A DNA stretch of 64,000 bases from Oikopleura dioica (GCA_907165135.1 OU015568.1:7936001-8000000); one strand, 5' to 3'; counted from the stretch's first letter, positions 24,933 to 37,305 are shown. Notes: generated by a model not told the origin, from the letters alone. Numbers and translations are program-made.

Positions 24933-27900
24933 AGAAGAGTACGAAATAGTCTCAAAACCAAATTCTGAGGCACTTTTTTAATTAAAAATAATTATTAAAA
25001 TAATAGAATTGAATGCTCGAAATTTCTATTTTTTGAAATAGAATCTTTTTTTCAAAGTGAAACTTTGTAAATTCACGAAATGCCTGTTTACTTTAAACTT
25101 TAGGCGAATACGGAAGTCCCAAGCTGTCGGAATTTTTGACAAGTGAAAGCTGGATGAATAAACTGCAGCTCCTCCTCACGCGCTAGAATTCCATATTACG
25201 TCGAACGCACTCACTCGGTCCAACGTGATCATCCCTCATTTTTTCGAGCTGGCGCGATGATTATTATTGTTTTGAGAAAAATAATTCCGTCAGGTTTTGA
25301 TCCTTCCGGTGCAAATATTATATATTTTAGGCTAAACATCATGCAAGGAAATCTTCCCGGCGTATTTACAATAGAATAATTGCGAGATCTTTATTTTGAA
25401 TATTCTGAATATGATATTCCTTTAGCTGAAAATAAGAGGGCTTACACGTGGATTGGATAACCGTATTCTCAATTTTAAATCCTATAATTGATATTGTCTT
25501 GATTGAGATATTTTATGCTCATTTTCAATTGTCTGGGAACAATTATTTTTACTATATTTTTCTTACTAGTTTCTGAGATAACACTTATTTCGTATAAGCC
25601 AGAGCAAAAATCGCGCATTCTTATTGGCCATCAAAGCCTATTCCTGAATTTCATTGGTTACATTTGAAAATTACTAAAAAGCGGCAAAAGGACCATCAGA
25701 GATTTAATAAATCCGGTACTATCTTTGAGAGAGAATTAAATATTTGCGAGCATAAAAATTATACGCTTACAATGTTTGAAATCGTAATCGCTGGTTAATT
25801 TAAGACTTTCGAAAATACGCTCGACTGTACACTACGAGGAGGTCCGTACCATTCAAATATTTGGACTAATCAAACACACACAATGCTGTTCTAAAAAATG
25901 GGCCTCTCTTTTGTGATGTTTGCTCGTAGTGAATTTTCTACAATTCTACGATTCGGGGGAAGCGTCCAGAATCCAGCGAGGAAATGGACTAGGAATTGCG
26001 CATTTTGGGACAATTCCAGAGTTGAATTCCCAAAATGCCGACATTTCCCTCTTCTCTGGACAATAAGGTCCTGCTCCAGCATTTATTTTCGGACTAGAGT
26101 TATCTTAAGGGTAGCCACTAAAATGAACTCTCCGAGTTCTATCGCCACGAGATAGCCAAACCGCACAATCAAGCACCGTCTTATTTTAGCTGTCCGAATT
26201 TCTTATTTTCAGCCAATTTCCTGAGACAATTTTCCAGTATCTCCTTCTCTGTATTTTCAATTTTCTTCAATTAAATTCCACTCTTTGAATCGTTGAAAAA
26301 CTGCTTCACACCTTTGAGTAAGAGAGTCAGTAATCAAATCGCGAGCTGGACAAGGAAAACAGAGGGAGAAAGGATAAAGGATAGCTTAGCCTTGTTCCGC
26401 TTGTTTGAGACTCGATTTATGGCTTTATTGTTCGCCAAAATGGCAAAATAAAAATCGAAAATTTTGGGTTATTTTTGAAACTTCAAGGCCTTTAAATCGA
26501 ACAAGAGTCTTTCTGCCATTTTGATTGGCTGTGGAAGCCTATCCGACTTTATGATTCGCTCGCAATTTCGGTCGGCAAAATGAGGGTTGACCCTTGATCT
26601 AGATGTAATTGAAGACCAAAATTTCTAGTGCTGGTTGTCCCTAAACATCTTTGTCAAAAGATGGAAGTCCCCATTCTCCAGCGTTGCATAAATATTTTCA
26701 AAGTTCCGGTTGACCAAGTGCGTGTTCCTTCTCATCTCAAGGTTTGTTTACCAAAGATCTAAGGCCAGTCCTAGAAGCTATCTCCCCACAAAAGTAAATT
26801 GATATGATTTTCAAAAAGGAACAAATTACTTCCCATGATGCGGATGTTTTTTGAAGAAAATACTCGCCTTCGATAAATATTTTGCCCTGCACCTGTCAGC
26901 AGCGAGGGGTTAAGTCAATTTATGCCCGGGCTATTTTAGGTAAATTAGGATGGATTAGCTGAGAAAACGGATTAAGGGAGTGTTTGTGATGGAACTATGT
27001 CAGCTTTTCTGGAAGGGGACAAATATTGCAAAAGAATCTGCGTGCAGAAGCCTCAAAAAACGTAAATTTAGTTATGCCATCTTCAACGGGCCTCGCTTCC
27101 GGTATTTTGGTTAACTCGAAAGCCCTGTTAGCAAGCTGCATAACCTCCACCGCGTCAATTTGTCGGAGCAAGCGTGAAATGCTTGAAACATTTGATGGCG
27201 GCGGCGAGCCGCTTTCAATGCCCAGCCGAGCGAGAGTGAAAACCCGCCGAGATGAATTTTTAATACCGGGCCTCTCTCTCTCTCTTGATGGCTAATCGAA
27301 AATTTTGCACTTGAAGGAAAGCTGCCTGCTGCCAATCTTGAACCTCCCCTGGGCGTTGCTGTCACGTGACGCGTGTAGTTACAGTAATTTAATCGAACGT
27401 CACGGTTAGCCTAAATACGTGTTTATTTTTTCTTTGACTGAAATGACGGGCGTAAATGATGAGCGAGTCGGCTTGAAGGGCTGCCAAGATTTTATGATTT
27501 ATGAGTTCCTTCATCATTCCTTTTTAGAAAAGATACTGGGAGCTAGGCCACCTGCTGGCTTGTTTATAAATATTATATATATATTTGATGTTAACACTGC
27601 GCGGAAGTGGATCCACACTTTAACCGCGCGTGTTTACACGGCAGATTTAAATTTTTCAAAAATATTACGCATCGGCGAGTTTCAAACCTTTTCCGTTTTG
27701 GTAAATCACCGGTAACCGACAAGGAGATTAGTAAACCGTTTCCGGCAAATTTCATACCCACATCTTGACAAGGTCCTCGGTTTTATCCGATTAAGGGGAC
27801 CTTACCCCCTTTTCTTTTGACAGCTATTCTTTGACCCTGTTTTTTCTTTAGAGACCTATTTGGTCTTTTCTTCAGAGAAGGAAAGTTTCGCCTGAGCAAT

Positions 27901-29690
27901 TAGCCAAGAAATGGGCCTTTGAAAGAGTTTGCCCAGATCAGAAACTTGCCGCCTGTTTATCGGTTTTCTGGACAAGACGCACTGAATTTTTCCCTTTGAT
28001 CTATGAGGAAATTTGAAAAGATGGATAGACACTTCTCTTCGAAGAGTCGAAAAGATTTCCTATAATGTTGATTATCGTCTTGAACTCATGGAAGATTCTT
28101 ATTGGCTCTATAAAGGAATTATCTTTTGCACTCAATTCCAAAAGGGATAATTTTAACGACTACGGTAGATATAAAGTTTTAGATGATTGAGTTGGACAAG
28201 CACTTTATGAGTGAATATGATCTGGGAAAGCTCAGCTTATTTGAGCAGTTTGATGTGGAAGAGACTATTTGGCTACACGTTAGAACCAATGTCGTACAAA
28301 TGTCACTGTATCGCAAGACTGAAGAAGTCAACCACCATTTGGATTGACCAAATAAAAGCATGGTACTATACGAGTAAGTACTCAGAGTGCAGAAATGATA
28401 CTCTGAGCTTGAGTCATGTTTAGAAAGTTTTGGTTTCTTAATTCTGCGGAAGTCGCTTTGCCCCAAGGCCGGTTCCCAAATGACAAGACAAGTCTAGCGC
28501 AAATACCATCGCTTCTCATAGCCAGCTTTGACTTTTGCCTTGATCCTGAAAGCAAATAGCGACTGCGTCTTTTTACCGTGGCCACGAATTGGATTTTCGA
28601 AAGTCAGCAAACTTGAACTGGCCTCACTGAACTGGAAACACTCGATACGTGCATATTTGATCTTATTGTCCAAGACCGACTTTAGGGATGAAAAATCGAT
28701 CGTCAAGAAGATCAATTGATTCTTGGGAAAACCTCAACAAGTGTCAATTGAAAAGCATTAAAATAAAAACTTTAGTGTTTGAAGTAATTCCATGATTCTC
28801 CTCGAATTCTCAGATTCCATTTATTGCCCTCCCGCTGGGGCGACTTTCAGATATGACGACTACCCGCGGAGTGGATCAGAAAGAGTTGAATGAACCTCTG
28901 TCTCACTTTTCTTTCGTTGACACGAATGAAAGATCAATACTAATCAAATGATATTTCAATTATTAGTGCTGGTTTTCCTTTCTGAAGAAATTCAAAACAC
29001 ACACCCCTAGGGCGATGTTTTAATCGCCAAGGGGTGCGATGAAAGCCAAGTCAAAGTACTGACTCAGCTTTTAGGAAAGTCCAAATAAGCGACAACGATT
29101 TCTTTCTTGACAGTATCATTTTCGATATGCGAGTGAGAAAATCCGCCGAAAATCGCCAAATAGTAAATACAGCCAGCAAAGATTAATATACAGTGAAAAT
29201 GCATGACAAGGGTCCATATGGCCCAGGCGAAATAATCCGTGTGAGGTGCCGAGAGTGACAGAAGGGTATCCGATTAGGCTGGGCTGAACCCACCTGGAAG
29301 GTGTCAGAGCATCATCCCTTCGAAATCGCGCTAAATATGGAAATATTCGAGGCAATACTTGACTCTCGTGCTGGATCAAGAACAAGGGTCCTCCACGATG
29401 AACTGAATAGAAAGACTAATTCGCGACAACTTTCCGATCGCCGAAAAGGCACCCTGGAGTAACAATACACGTCTGCTTTGAATTGAGATCAACGATCGCG
29501 CTCAAGAGGTACTCTGACATCCCATCCCGCTCTACTTGACCCAGCCGCAAATATTTTTAACCTGCCCAGTTGATGATAAGCTATTTTCGCCCTTATCAAA
29601 ATTCCCGAGTCAATCGCTTGCTCTTTGATGTTTGAAATTAGAGACTAAAGTACACCAAGTTGTAGATTCTACAATGTGGAAGATAGTATT

Positions 29691-29766
29691 TAGGGTTAGG
29701 GTTAGGGTCTCCGCACTAGAATTCTATCTAGGGTTAGGGTTAGGCTCTGGGCACTAGAATTCTATC
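29691..29766 (+). repeat. Two-copy 38-bp tandem repeat containing telomere-type TTAGGG units
   Basis: tagggttagggttagggtctccgcactagaattctatc followed by tagggttagggttaggctctgggcactagaattctatc. Confidence 0.9.
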
Positions 29767-30997
29767 TACAAGAAGAATTTATTTTCCATAACGATTGTTG
29801 AAATATTTATCAAACAAAAAGCTTGTAGTGCCAAGAAACAATGAAAACTTAATCTACAAAAATTGGCAACGCTTTAGCCTGAATTATTCAGTTATTCTTC
29901 TTTTCCTTTTCAACAACATCCAAACATAGTACCTTCTTGTCTTCCCAAATCGAGCGGAACCGTTCCGACTCACCGCGTTTTGATAAAGATTTGAAATTAA
30001 AAATCCTTGTGCTAACTGTTCGAATTCCAAAGAAGGAAGCGTCTCCTGCTCGCGAGTTCCGCCATTTTGCAGCTTTCAAAATTATTCCTTATCGCTACTT
30101 ATCAATTATGCTTTATCTTTCTTGTTGAACCGGACATGCGTTTTGTAAACCGAGCCTTTTCGAGATAAGCCGCCCATAATTTTTTTAGCTGAACATCTCA
30201 GCGCGAAACTTAATCTGAGGGAGACAAGATCACATGACTTTTCTTCTTCGGGACTTTCATGTGCTAAGTTAGCAGCCTGCTAACGAATATCTTAATGTGT
30301 TGTAAAGAAACATTGAAGAAGCGACATAGACACTTAGAAATAAATGTTCTAAAAGTTCTTCAAGCATGAAAATTAATCGATAGTGCTGTATCGATCACGC
30401 CTGGCAGCTAGAACACGTTTTTGGACATCGATCCGTCGCCAAGTGTCTCCGCGCTGTCAAGCGAAATTCTTTTCTTTTTTTGCACAAAGTCACAACACCA
30501 CCAGCATCACTTTCTGCGCTTCTTCTTTCTTTCTCGGCAGCCTGACATAAATGAGATGTAGTATTTTAAAAGCGCGGTAGGTGCAATTGTGCGATAATGG
30601 CAAAAGTCGACGTTATCGGCAGTGTGTCGCGGTGGCGTAACTCGATTTCGTTTTGCGGCGACTGTCTCATTTCCATCCTGGCAACTTCCGAAACCGACCA
30701 AAATTCAAATTTCATTTATCGCGATTTTGTTATCGCCCGATTTGAAGAAACGAATTGATTGCCCTGAGAAAGGACTATCAAGAAGGCATTAGAAAACTTA
30801 TGCCAAATTGAAATCAAGGAAGACAATTCGAAAAAAGAAATTTTTATTGAAAATCATTCAATAATACTTGTAAACAGGGAGGTATGTAATCGACGATTTC
30901 CTTGGAACTCTGACCGAGTATTCTAGCTCTTCAAAAGGAACAGACATGGACATAATTTTCCTCTCCAATTTTCGAGTTTTTCGCTTATTTATAAATA

Positions 30998-31237
30998 TTA
31001 TTGTCCTCCGAAAAAAACAAGATTTGCTACCTGCGAGTCTGATAAATTTTCCATCAGTTCGGTAATCTCTCCTTGCTGAGCCATATTTTCTTCCCTGAGA
31101 GATCTGTTCTTTGACTTTTCTTTTTCAACCTCAAGTCGGAGATTTTCCTTCTCCATTTGCAGTTTTTTGATCTTTTGCAAGAGCTTAAAATTCTCCTCGC
31201 TGTTGTCTTTGTAAGGCCGGAGGTTTTTCAAATTCAT
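30998..31237 (-). CDS. Coiled-coil exon of an unidentified gene
   Basis: Heptad-like KLLQKIKKLQMEKENLRLEVEKEKSKNRSLREENMAQQGEITELMENL. Flanking exons not resolved. Confidence 0.45.
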   Translation of the reverse strand: MNLKNLRPYKDNSEENFKLLQKIKKLQMEKENLRLEVEKEKSKNRSLREENMAQQGEITELMENLSDSQVANLVFFGGQ

Positions 31238-31876
31238 GCTGCACTCTTCGTCCTCAAAATCAAGTCAGGATTCCTAGGTACTAATTCTCCTTGATTTCTC
31301 TTAAAGATACTCACTTCTGACACCTCTGCTATGTAAAGCGGCATTTTCTTCGAATCTTCGTTTCAGTACAGTGTTAGTGTTTTTGCAATAGGAAGGGGCC
31401 TTTGTGCCATCATAAAAAGCCTCTTCTGGAGCTATTGTGTGCTCTCAAAATCCAACTTTTCCGTTCTCTTTAATTACTGTACTTATGCTCTGTCAATACA
31501 CTCAAAGGGCAATCAAGACATTTTTATGCTAGAAATAATATTTATTCGCCGATAATTGGTTGAATTTCGCTTTGATCGAAGAATAATAATTAATTCAAAA
31601 AGTCCCTTTTTGAAAGATATATGAGGAAATGTCACGTCAATGTCAATCACATTAACGATTTTTATACTCGTTAATTATGAATCGTGATAAGCTTCAACTT
31701 ACAGCAATAATTGTTCCTCTGGGTTCAAGCCGACCAAGCGAGAAACAAAAATCGTAAAAATGATTTTATGAAAGGCGTGAGACATTTTCGTGAATTGATT
31801 TTCAAGAGAGCAGACAAATAATTTAATCAAGGGTAATTTTTATCAGAATTATATTGAAAATATGAATGACTTTTAG

Positions 31877-32866
31877 AACAACTGAATGTAAGACATTCAA
31901 TGTGTTACAAATCAGAAGATAAAAAAGAGTTGCTTTGTCAGAAAAGCGTGAGAAATGAAGAGGGAGATTTGGAGTTCAGCGAAATTTTGTGTAGTAGCTC
32001 TTGCTCGATGAGGACGACTGTTGAGATAGAACTCGTCGGAGACGGAAACGCACATGTGATTCTTGATACCTTGGAACATGGATGTAAAGGTACAGTAAAT
32101 ACCGCTGGTTTGGGACGCTCAAAAATCCTGCTAGTTTGGGACGGTCGGGCGAAATAAGGATCAAAGGCAAGCGCCCACGGCGAGTGTTTTTAAACTGACC
32201 GCTTTACCCCGAAAGCGAAAGTGGCGCCCGAGAGTCGAAAGCGAAAATCCTGCTGGTTTGGGACGCTTTCGTGAATTAGGACCGTCCCAGACCAGCGGTA
32301 TTTACTGTATATTTTTTAAGCAAAAGGCGGTAAATCATCTACGCAGTTTGGGGTCGTAAAAGGTTTTAAACATTGAATTTTAAAGGATATAAATGACAGC
32401 TCATAAATAATAATAATTAATAGAGACCCCGTGTGCGCTTGATGGTCAACGGGACGAAGACATTTGTAGACAGACTTATTCAATTGATGGCGTTGATGTC
32501 TACTGCCAATACTCGGATGAGCACCAGGCTTTCGATTGCTGCTGCTCTGGCAGAAACTGCAATACGCCAGAAGGTGAGATCATGATTGATATTGAGCACT
32601 GAAAAAATCATTCAGTCTGGGAAAACTGGTACACCCGGCAGCACAGAGGCGAAATCAACAAAAACTGTCAAGTGGACAATGGCAAAATAATCCTTCTCAG
32701 TCAGATTCTCGACGTTATCCTCATCTTCCTGATTGTCTTCCTTGTTGGCGTTTTAATCCGATGCATTGGCTGCGCATTGATAAGAGGGAAACAAATGCGC
32801 CTTGAACATAAAAATAAGAATTTGAATCCTAACAACGATCAAAATTCGCACGCGCTTTTATCCTGA
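31877..32866 (+). CDS. Activin/BMP type II receptor-like ectodomain, single TM, ~35 aa tail, no kinase domain
   Basis: Spliced exons 31877-32089, 32424-~32573 and ~32616-32866 give 12 Cys ending HGC...C...C...C...FDCCCSGRNCNT, then TM ILDVILIFLIVFLVGVLI and a stop. Start codon not resolved. Confidence 0.65.
32093..32307. mobile_element. Tc1/mariner-type MITE, 215 bp
   Basis: TIR CAGTAAATACCGCTGGTTTGGGACG / CGTCCCAGACCAGCGGTATTTACTG, TA on both sides, and an internal third copy of gctggtttgggacg. Confidence 0.92.
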
Positions 32867-32952
32867 CTTTGCAAACTGCCAATAAATTAAATGAACACAA
32901 TTCTAGTAGCATCTTGTTCTGTAAACAGTTTTTTGAGAAGGCACGATGAAGT

Positions 32953-33509
32953 TCAAAGCTCAGGTCCGGAGACCATAATATCCACTTGATGCATGAGTCT
33001 GTCGCTAAATCGCCGGATGTATGCGCGGAAGCTTTCGTAGTAATAGTTGACTGTGATTTTGTGCGTGTGGTCGTAAAAGAAGAAAACATAAATTGCGATG
33101 ATTGCAAGGAAGCCGAAAACTTTGAAGTCTTGCATTGTCAGGCCCTCGTTTTGTTGAATTAGCACTATAATTAGTTTTAAACAAAAAAAAAACTCTATTT
33201 CTCTTACCCAGATTTCCTTTTCGATCTTTCGTATATTTCAGTTTGCCATTTTTGATCATTTTCGCACAAAGCTGCTCTAACATAACATCGTCCTCTTTTT
33301 CGTCAACCTTTTTCGAATCATTTTTCTCCTCGACCTTTGGTGCTTCTTTTTTACTCTTCTTTCCTTTACAAAAATTAGGAAAAACCTTCGAAAACGCTTA
33401 TTTTACCTTTTCTCTGACGAGTTTCATTCTTGGAAGCGTTTTTTTCTTGTTGTTTCGTCGCCATTTTAACGATCTTCTCTCTTTATTTTGCTCTATTGTT
33501 TTCTTTTAA
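32953..33509 (-). CDS. Small Lys-rich protein with one C-terminal TM segment (spliced), unknown
   Basis: GT-AG joins give ...KKEAPKVEEKNDSKKVDEKEDDVMLEQLCAKMIK...|LIQQNEGLTMQDFKVFGFLAIIAIYVFFFYDH...*. Start not found. Confidence 0.5.
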
Positions 33510-35623
33510 AAGTTTTGGTCAGTTGCTTCTGATTTCAGCAAGCCTCGCGAGATGGGCCCGCAACTGACCCTAAATCGATTCCCCCGGGGATCAGCACCTC
33601 ATTCTTTTTATACCAATCAATTTTTGCAATATTGTGATTTATTTTAATTTAATTATCGAAGCAAAATTTTCAGAATAGGGAAACCGAAATTTTTAACAAC
33701 GATTGATCATCCAATAACTGTTTCCGCATAAGTTATGCGGCATAACCTTATCATTATACTATTTATAATCATAAAAATTATAAATAAATTATGTTGCAAT
33801 TACCGCCAACCGGAAAGTAATAAAAAGATGAGTGACAGAAAATAATCAGGTTAGCTTATACAACTAAAAAAATCTGACGGTAGGCAAGGTGATCAAAAAA
33901 AAAAAAATTTGAGGATTCAGTCCTGGTGGTGGTCATTACAGAAGAGTTTCCTCGAAATTTGTAATCTGATTGTTTTTCAGACGTTTTTAAAGGTTTAGGA
34001 CGGATCAATATTTTCTAGGGCAGTATTCGGTAGGAGATCGTAAATCCCCCTGAGATTCTGGAGGGAAGCAACAGGAGATATTCTTGGTAAAACACCACTG
34101 GAGCCAAAAAATCTCGATCAAAATTTAGGGTGTCGAAATGAGGCAAAGTCAAGTGTTTGAAAACTCATAAAATCATTTTCCCGTTTGTCATCGTGAACAG
34201 TTTCAGACCCAGTTCAATGTTTGGAGAGCTACTCTGACGGAAACAAGGTCAAGAACTTTTTCCTCGGAATTACGGAAAACAGGTCAGCCGTGAGTGTACG
34301 GAGAAATCGGGGCCAGTTTACGCAAGCTGCTCGTGTTCAAGGTCAGCATTCGGGGAAAGCGGTAAGCCCGGAAAATTGGAAAGTCTTGTAAAAATAGACT
34401 TTCTGGGAATAAAGGCCAGGAAAAAGAGTGTTGCATTTGAATGCAGTTAGAAATGCACCTGATTGCTGCTGATTGGTATCGCAGCAACGGTAATCTTCAG
34501 CTTCCGAATTTGAATTTCCTGTAGTCTCCTGCCGAGAAAGACCATCTACTCAGCTGTTGGAAAATAAATTTCTTTGAATCGTAGATATTCAGAGAAATTC
34601 TAGCGCTTTCTCCGTTCCAGCTGGAATTTATCGGTTTCAAAGAACTGCGGCGAGTTCAGAGGTTGATCCGATAATTCGCCAAATTCCGGAAAGATTTGAG
34701 TTTTGACCGAAGCAAATGATTTTATGGTTCTAAAGGAGATTTAGATTTGCGATTTGAGTTACAAATTTACGATCTTGGAACGTATTTGAGTTGAATTTGC
34801 AAGCTCTGTGGGAGCTACCTCGACCGGTTCGGGCAGCGATTTTCAAGAGTTCTTGGAAGCTGTCGACTGGAGTTTTGTTCAAAGCCGGAATGATTGAGAC
34901 GAAGTTTGGAAGATGAAAACTTGAACTGGATAGATAACTAATGATATCAAAAGTCGCCTAGAACACAGTCTCCCTCCAGGAACCTTGACCCACTTTCTCG
35001 GCTGGCCTTGAAAACACAAACGACCAGGCAGGAAATCTCGTGCACTAGATTCTTTCAATGTTGGCAACGGAAATAAAATGCGCAAAAAAAGAATAACCGT
35101 TTATAATATCGGTGAAGGGATTGTCGGATCACTGATTGGGATTCCGCTGAGCTGGAATTTGGAGCCTTTGGAGATTTGCGGTTCACACCTCGAGACTCGT
35201 GTGGGGCGGATTATTGATTTCAGGCATCTAAGAGAGCTCAAGAAAGGAATTCCAAAGCGGTATTTTATGAATTGTCGAACGAGTTGAAAGCAATGGTAAA
35301 TACTGTAGACAGCAGGCCGATTTTCGTGTAAGGATACGGATTGTCAAGGCAATATTTCACGAATTTCCTCCAATAAAACTGTAACTTCTCCATCTGCAAA
35401 ATATCTTTAAAAATCTGACCCAATTTCTTAGCTACCTTCTATCTGTTCATATTTGAACAGGAACAGCTTATCTATTGTACGTATCGTTATCGTATCTACA
35501 TCTGCTTCGGGGGTACCAAGAATCTACTGTTGATCTTTATCTTCTCAGAAATTCGGCGATGTCACGCTGAGCCCGAGCGCGGGGAAACGGCTGGCAAGAG
35601 CGCCGCGGCGCAATTTCGGAACC

Positions 35624-35630
35624 TATAAAA
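35624..35630 (+). promoter_or_regulatory. TATA box of PIM-like kinase copy 1
   Basis: TATAAAA 114 nt upstream of the ATG, after a GC-rich stretch. Conserved in copy 2 at 56090-56096 (minus strand). Confidence 0.6.
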
Positions 35631-35743
35631 TCGGCCTTGGAAAAAGAGGCAACCATCAAATCTCAAACAAAACAGTTTCAAACAACAAGAACTCGAGCAA
35701 AAGCACACAGAGCAAGAAAACAGTCAGAGATTCAAAAGGAAAA

Positions 35744-36592
35744 ATGTCCCGAAACAGCGAATCTGGCTACTCCTCCGATGAAAACATCGTCTCTCCTCAA
35801 GAACAGATCGCCAAAGACCAGCGAAGATTCGCCAAGACTTACGAAGTCGAGGAAGAAATGATGAAATCTGCCAACGGGATCATCTACACAGGCTTCCATC
35901 ACAAGACCGAGCAGCGAGTCGTCATCAAGCAGATTCCACGAAACAAGATCTCCGAGTTCAAGCAAGTTCAAAACCGACCCGTCCCGAGCGAAATCTACTA
36001 CCATTTCAAGGCAGCCCAAGCTTCCAACTTCGTCGTGGCTCCTCTTGATTGGTACGAACGGCGATCTTCCTTCGTCCTTGTCATGGAGCGCCTCGATGGC
36101 TACGTCGACCTCTTCGAATTCGCCAACAAGAACGGGGCAATCAACGAGGAAGCGGTCCGCATCATTGCCGGCCAGTTGATCACCTGCTGCATGGAACTCG
36201 CCCGCGCCGGCATCTGCCACCGCGACATCAAAGACGAGAACATCCTTATCAACCCAGAGACCCTCGAGATCCGCCTGATCGACTTCGGATGTGCTAGCCG
36301 CGACGGAGCCTGCTACACAACTGCACGTGGAACTCCAAACTACTGGCCCATCGAATTCTTCCAGAACCGTCTTCTCAGCGCGGAGCCACTCACTGTCTGG
36401 AGCATCGGAGCTGTCATCTACATTCTTCTTACCGGAAACTGGCAGACCGATGGACGAGGCCAGATGCAGCGAAACTTTCTCGCCGAGCGCAGCCTTTCTC
36501 CCTTCACAGTCGCCCTCATTGACCGGATGTTCTGCCCTGACCCAATGTCTCGAATCACGATGGAAGAAATCATCGCTTCTGGATGGTGCTAG
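35744..36592 (+). CDS. Intronless PIM-family Ser/Thr kinase, copy 1 (282 aa)
   Basis: VVIKQIPRNKISEF, LDWYERRSSFVLVMER, HRDIKDENILI, LIDFG, GTPNYWPIE and VWSIG match the PIM kinase pattern. Confidence 0.92.
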   Translation: MSRNSESGYSSDENIVSPQEQIAKDQRRFAKTYEVEEEMMKSANGIIYTGFHHKTEQRVVIKQIPRNKISEFKQVQNRPVPSEIYYHFKAAQASNFVVAPLDWYERRSSFVLVMERLDGYVDLFEFANKNGAINEEAVRIIAGQLITCCMELARAGICHRDIKDENILINPETLEIRLIDFGCASRDGACYTTARGTPNYWPIEFFQNRLLSAEPLTVWSIGAVIYILLTGNWQTDGRGQMQRNFLAERSLSPFTVALIDRMFCPDPMSRITMEEIIASGWC

Positions 36593-36793
36593 ACTCATTT
36601 CTTCAAACAGACACTACCCTGCCAAGATATTTATTTGTACATTTTGCCATTTACTTCTAAAAGTTCTTCAATTGATAAAACGACAATAAAAGAAAATCAT
36701 CAAAAACATTGTTTTTTTCCATATTTCCGTTTGCAAGTTGTATTGTTATATTTTAGCCTATAAGTTGTACAAATAAATAGAGTTCTAGGGAAA

Positions 36794-37305
36794 TTATTTC
36801 TCAGCATCGGGATCAGGAACGTCGTAATACCAGCTGTAGGCTTTGGCAAGAGTTGGACTGAGACTTTTGATTGTATCCAGCTCCATTTCTGCTGGACTCT
36901 TCGGCTTGATAGGCTGAAGCTGCATTGTTTCTGGATCGAAGATTCCCTTGTCCATGTATTCTTTCATCTTTCCATCTTCGTACTCTAAAAAGAAAGAAAA
37001 TGAGAAGGCAACTGTTTTCTGAACTTACTTTGCTTCTTTTCAGTAAACTCATCATTCTGCAAGGTGAATTGTTGAACGATTCTGTGATTAGCCTCAACAT
37101 GTCGCGCAGCACAGTTTCTGATGCACTCTGTTTCAGCTCGTCTGTCCTTTACGCTGACAGCAGGCACGCACTGTTGGAAACAGTCGACGGAGATGTTTGT
37201 CCACATCGAAAAGAATTCCTTCATGTTTTCGATCTGAATCTCAGGAATTGCGGCAGCTTGAGCCATGGCTGCATCCATCCCGGTTTTCTTCTTGCCGAAA
37301 TCCAT
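36794..37305 (-). CDS. TIMM10B: Small Tim chaperone, TIMM10B/Tim9-like (two exons)
   Basis: Twin CX3C (CFQQC, CIRNC) with CVPAV and ANHRIV as in TIMM10B. Second exon ends at TAA 36796-36794. Confidence 0.8.

Larger units (their letters stand above)
33882..36690 (+). repeat. Copy 1 of a ~2.8-3 kb inverted segmental duplication (partner 55040-58010)
   Basis: Colinear reverse-complement match from aggcaaggtgat (~33882 / ~58010) through the kinase to ~100 bp past its stop. Confidence 0.95.

Noticed and set aside
29002-29036. GC-rich hairpin (cacccct..ggcgat/atcgcc..aggggtg) as a Helitron 3' end or terminator
   Set aside because: No CTRR at the expected distance, no U-tract, and no second copy in the window.
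35732-36598. 288-aa antisense ORF covering the kinase, open in both copies (also 55122-55988)
   Set aside because: It is in exact codon register with the kinase, so it stays open simply because the sense gene avoids TTA/CTA/TCA codons. The product has no recognisable motif.
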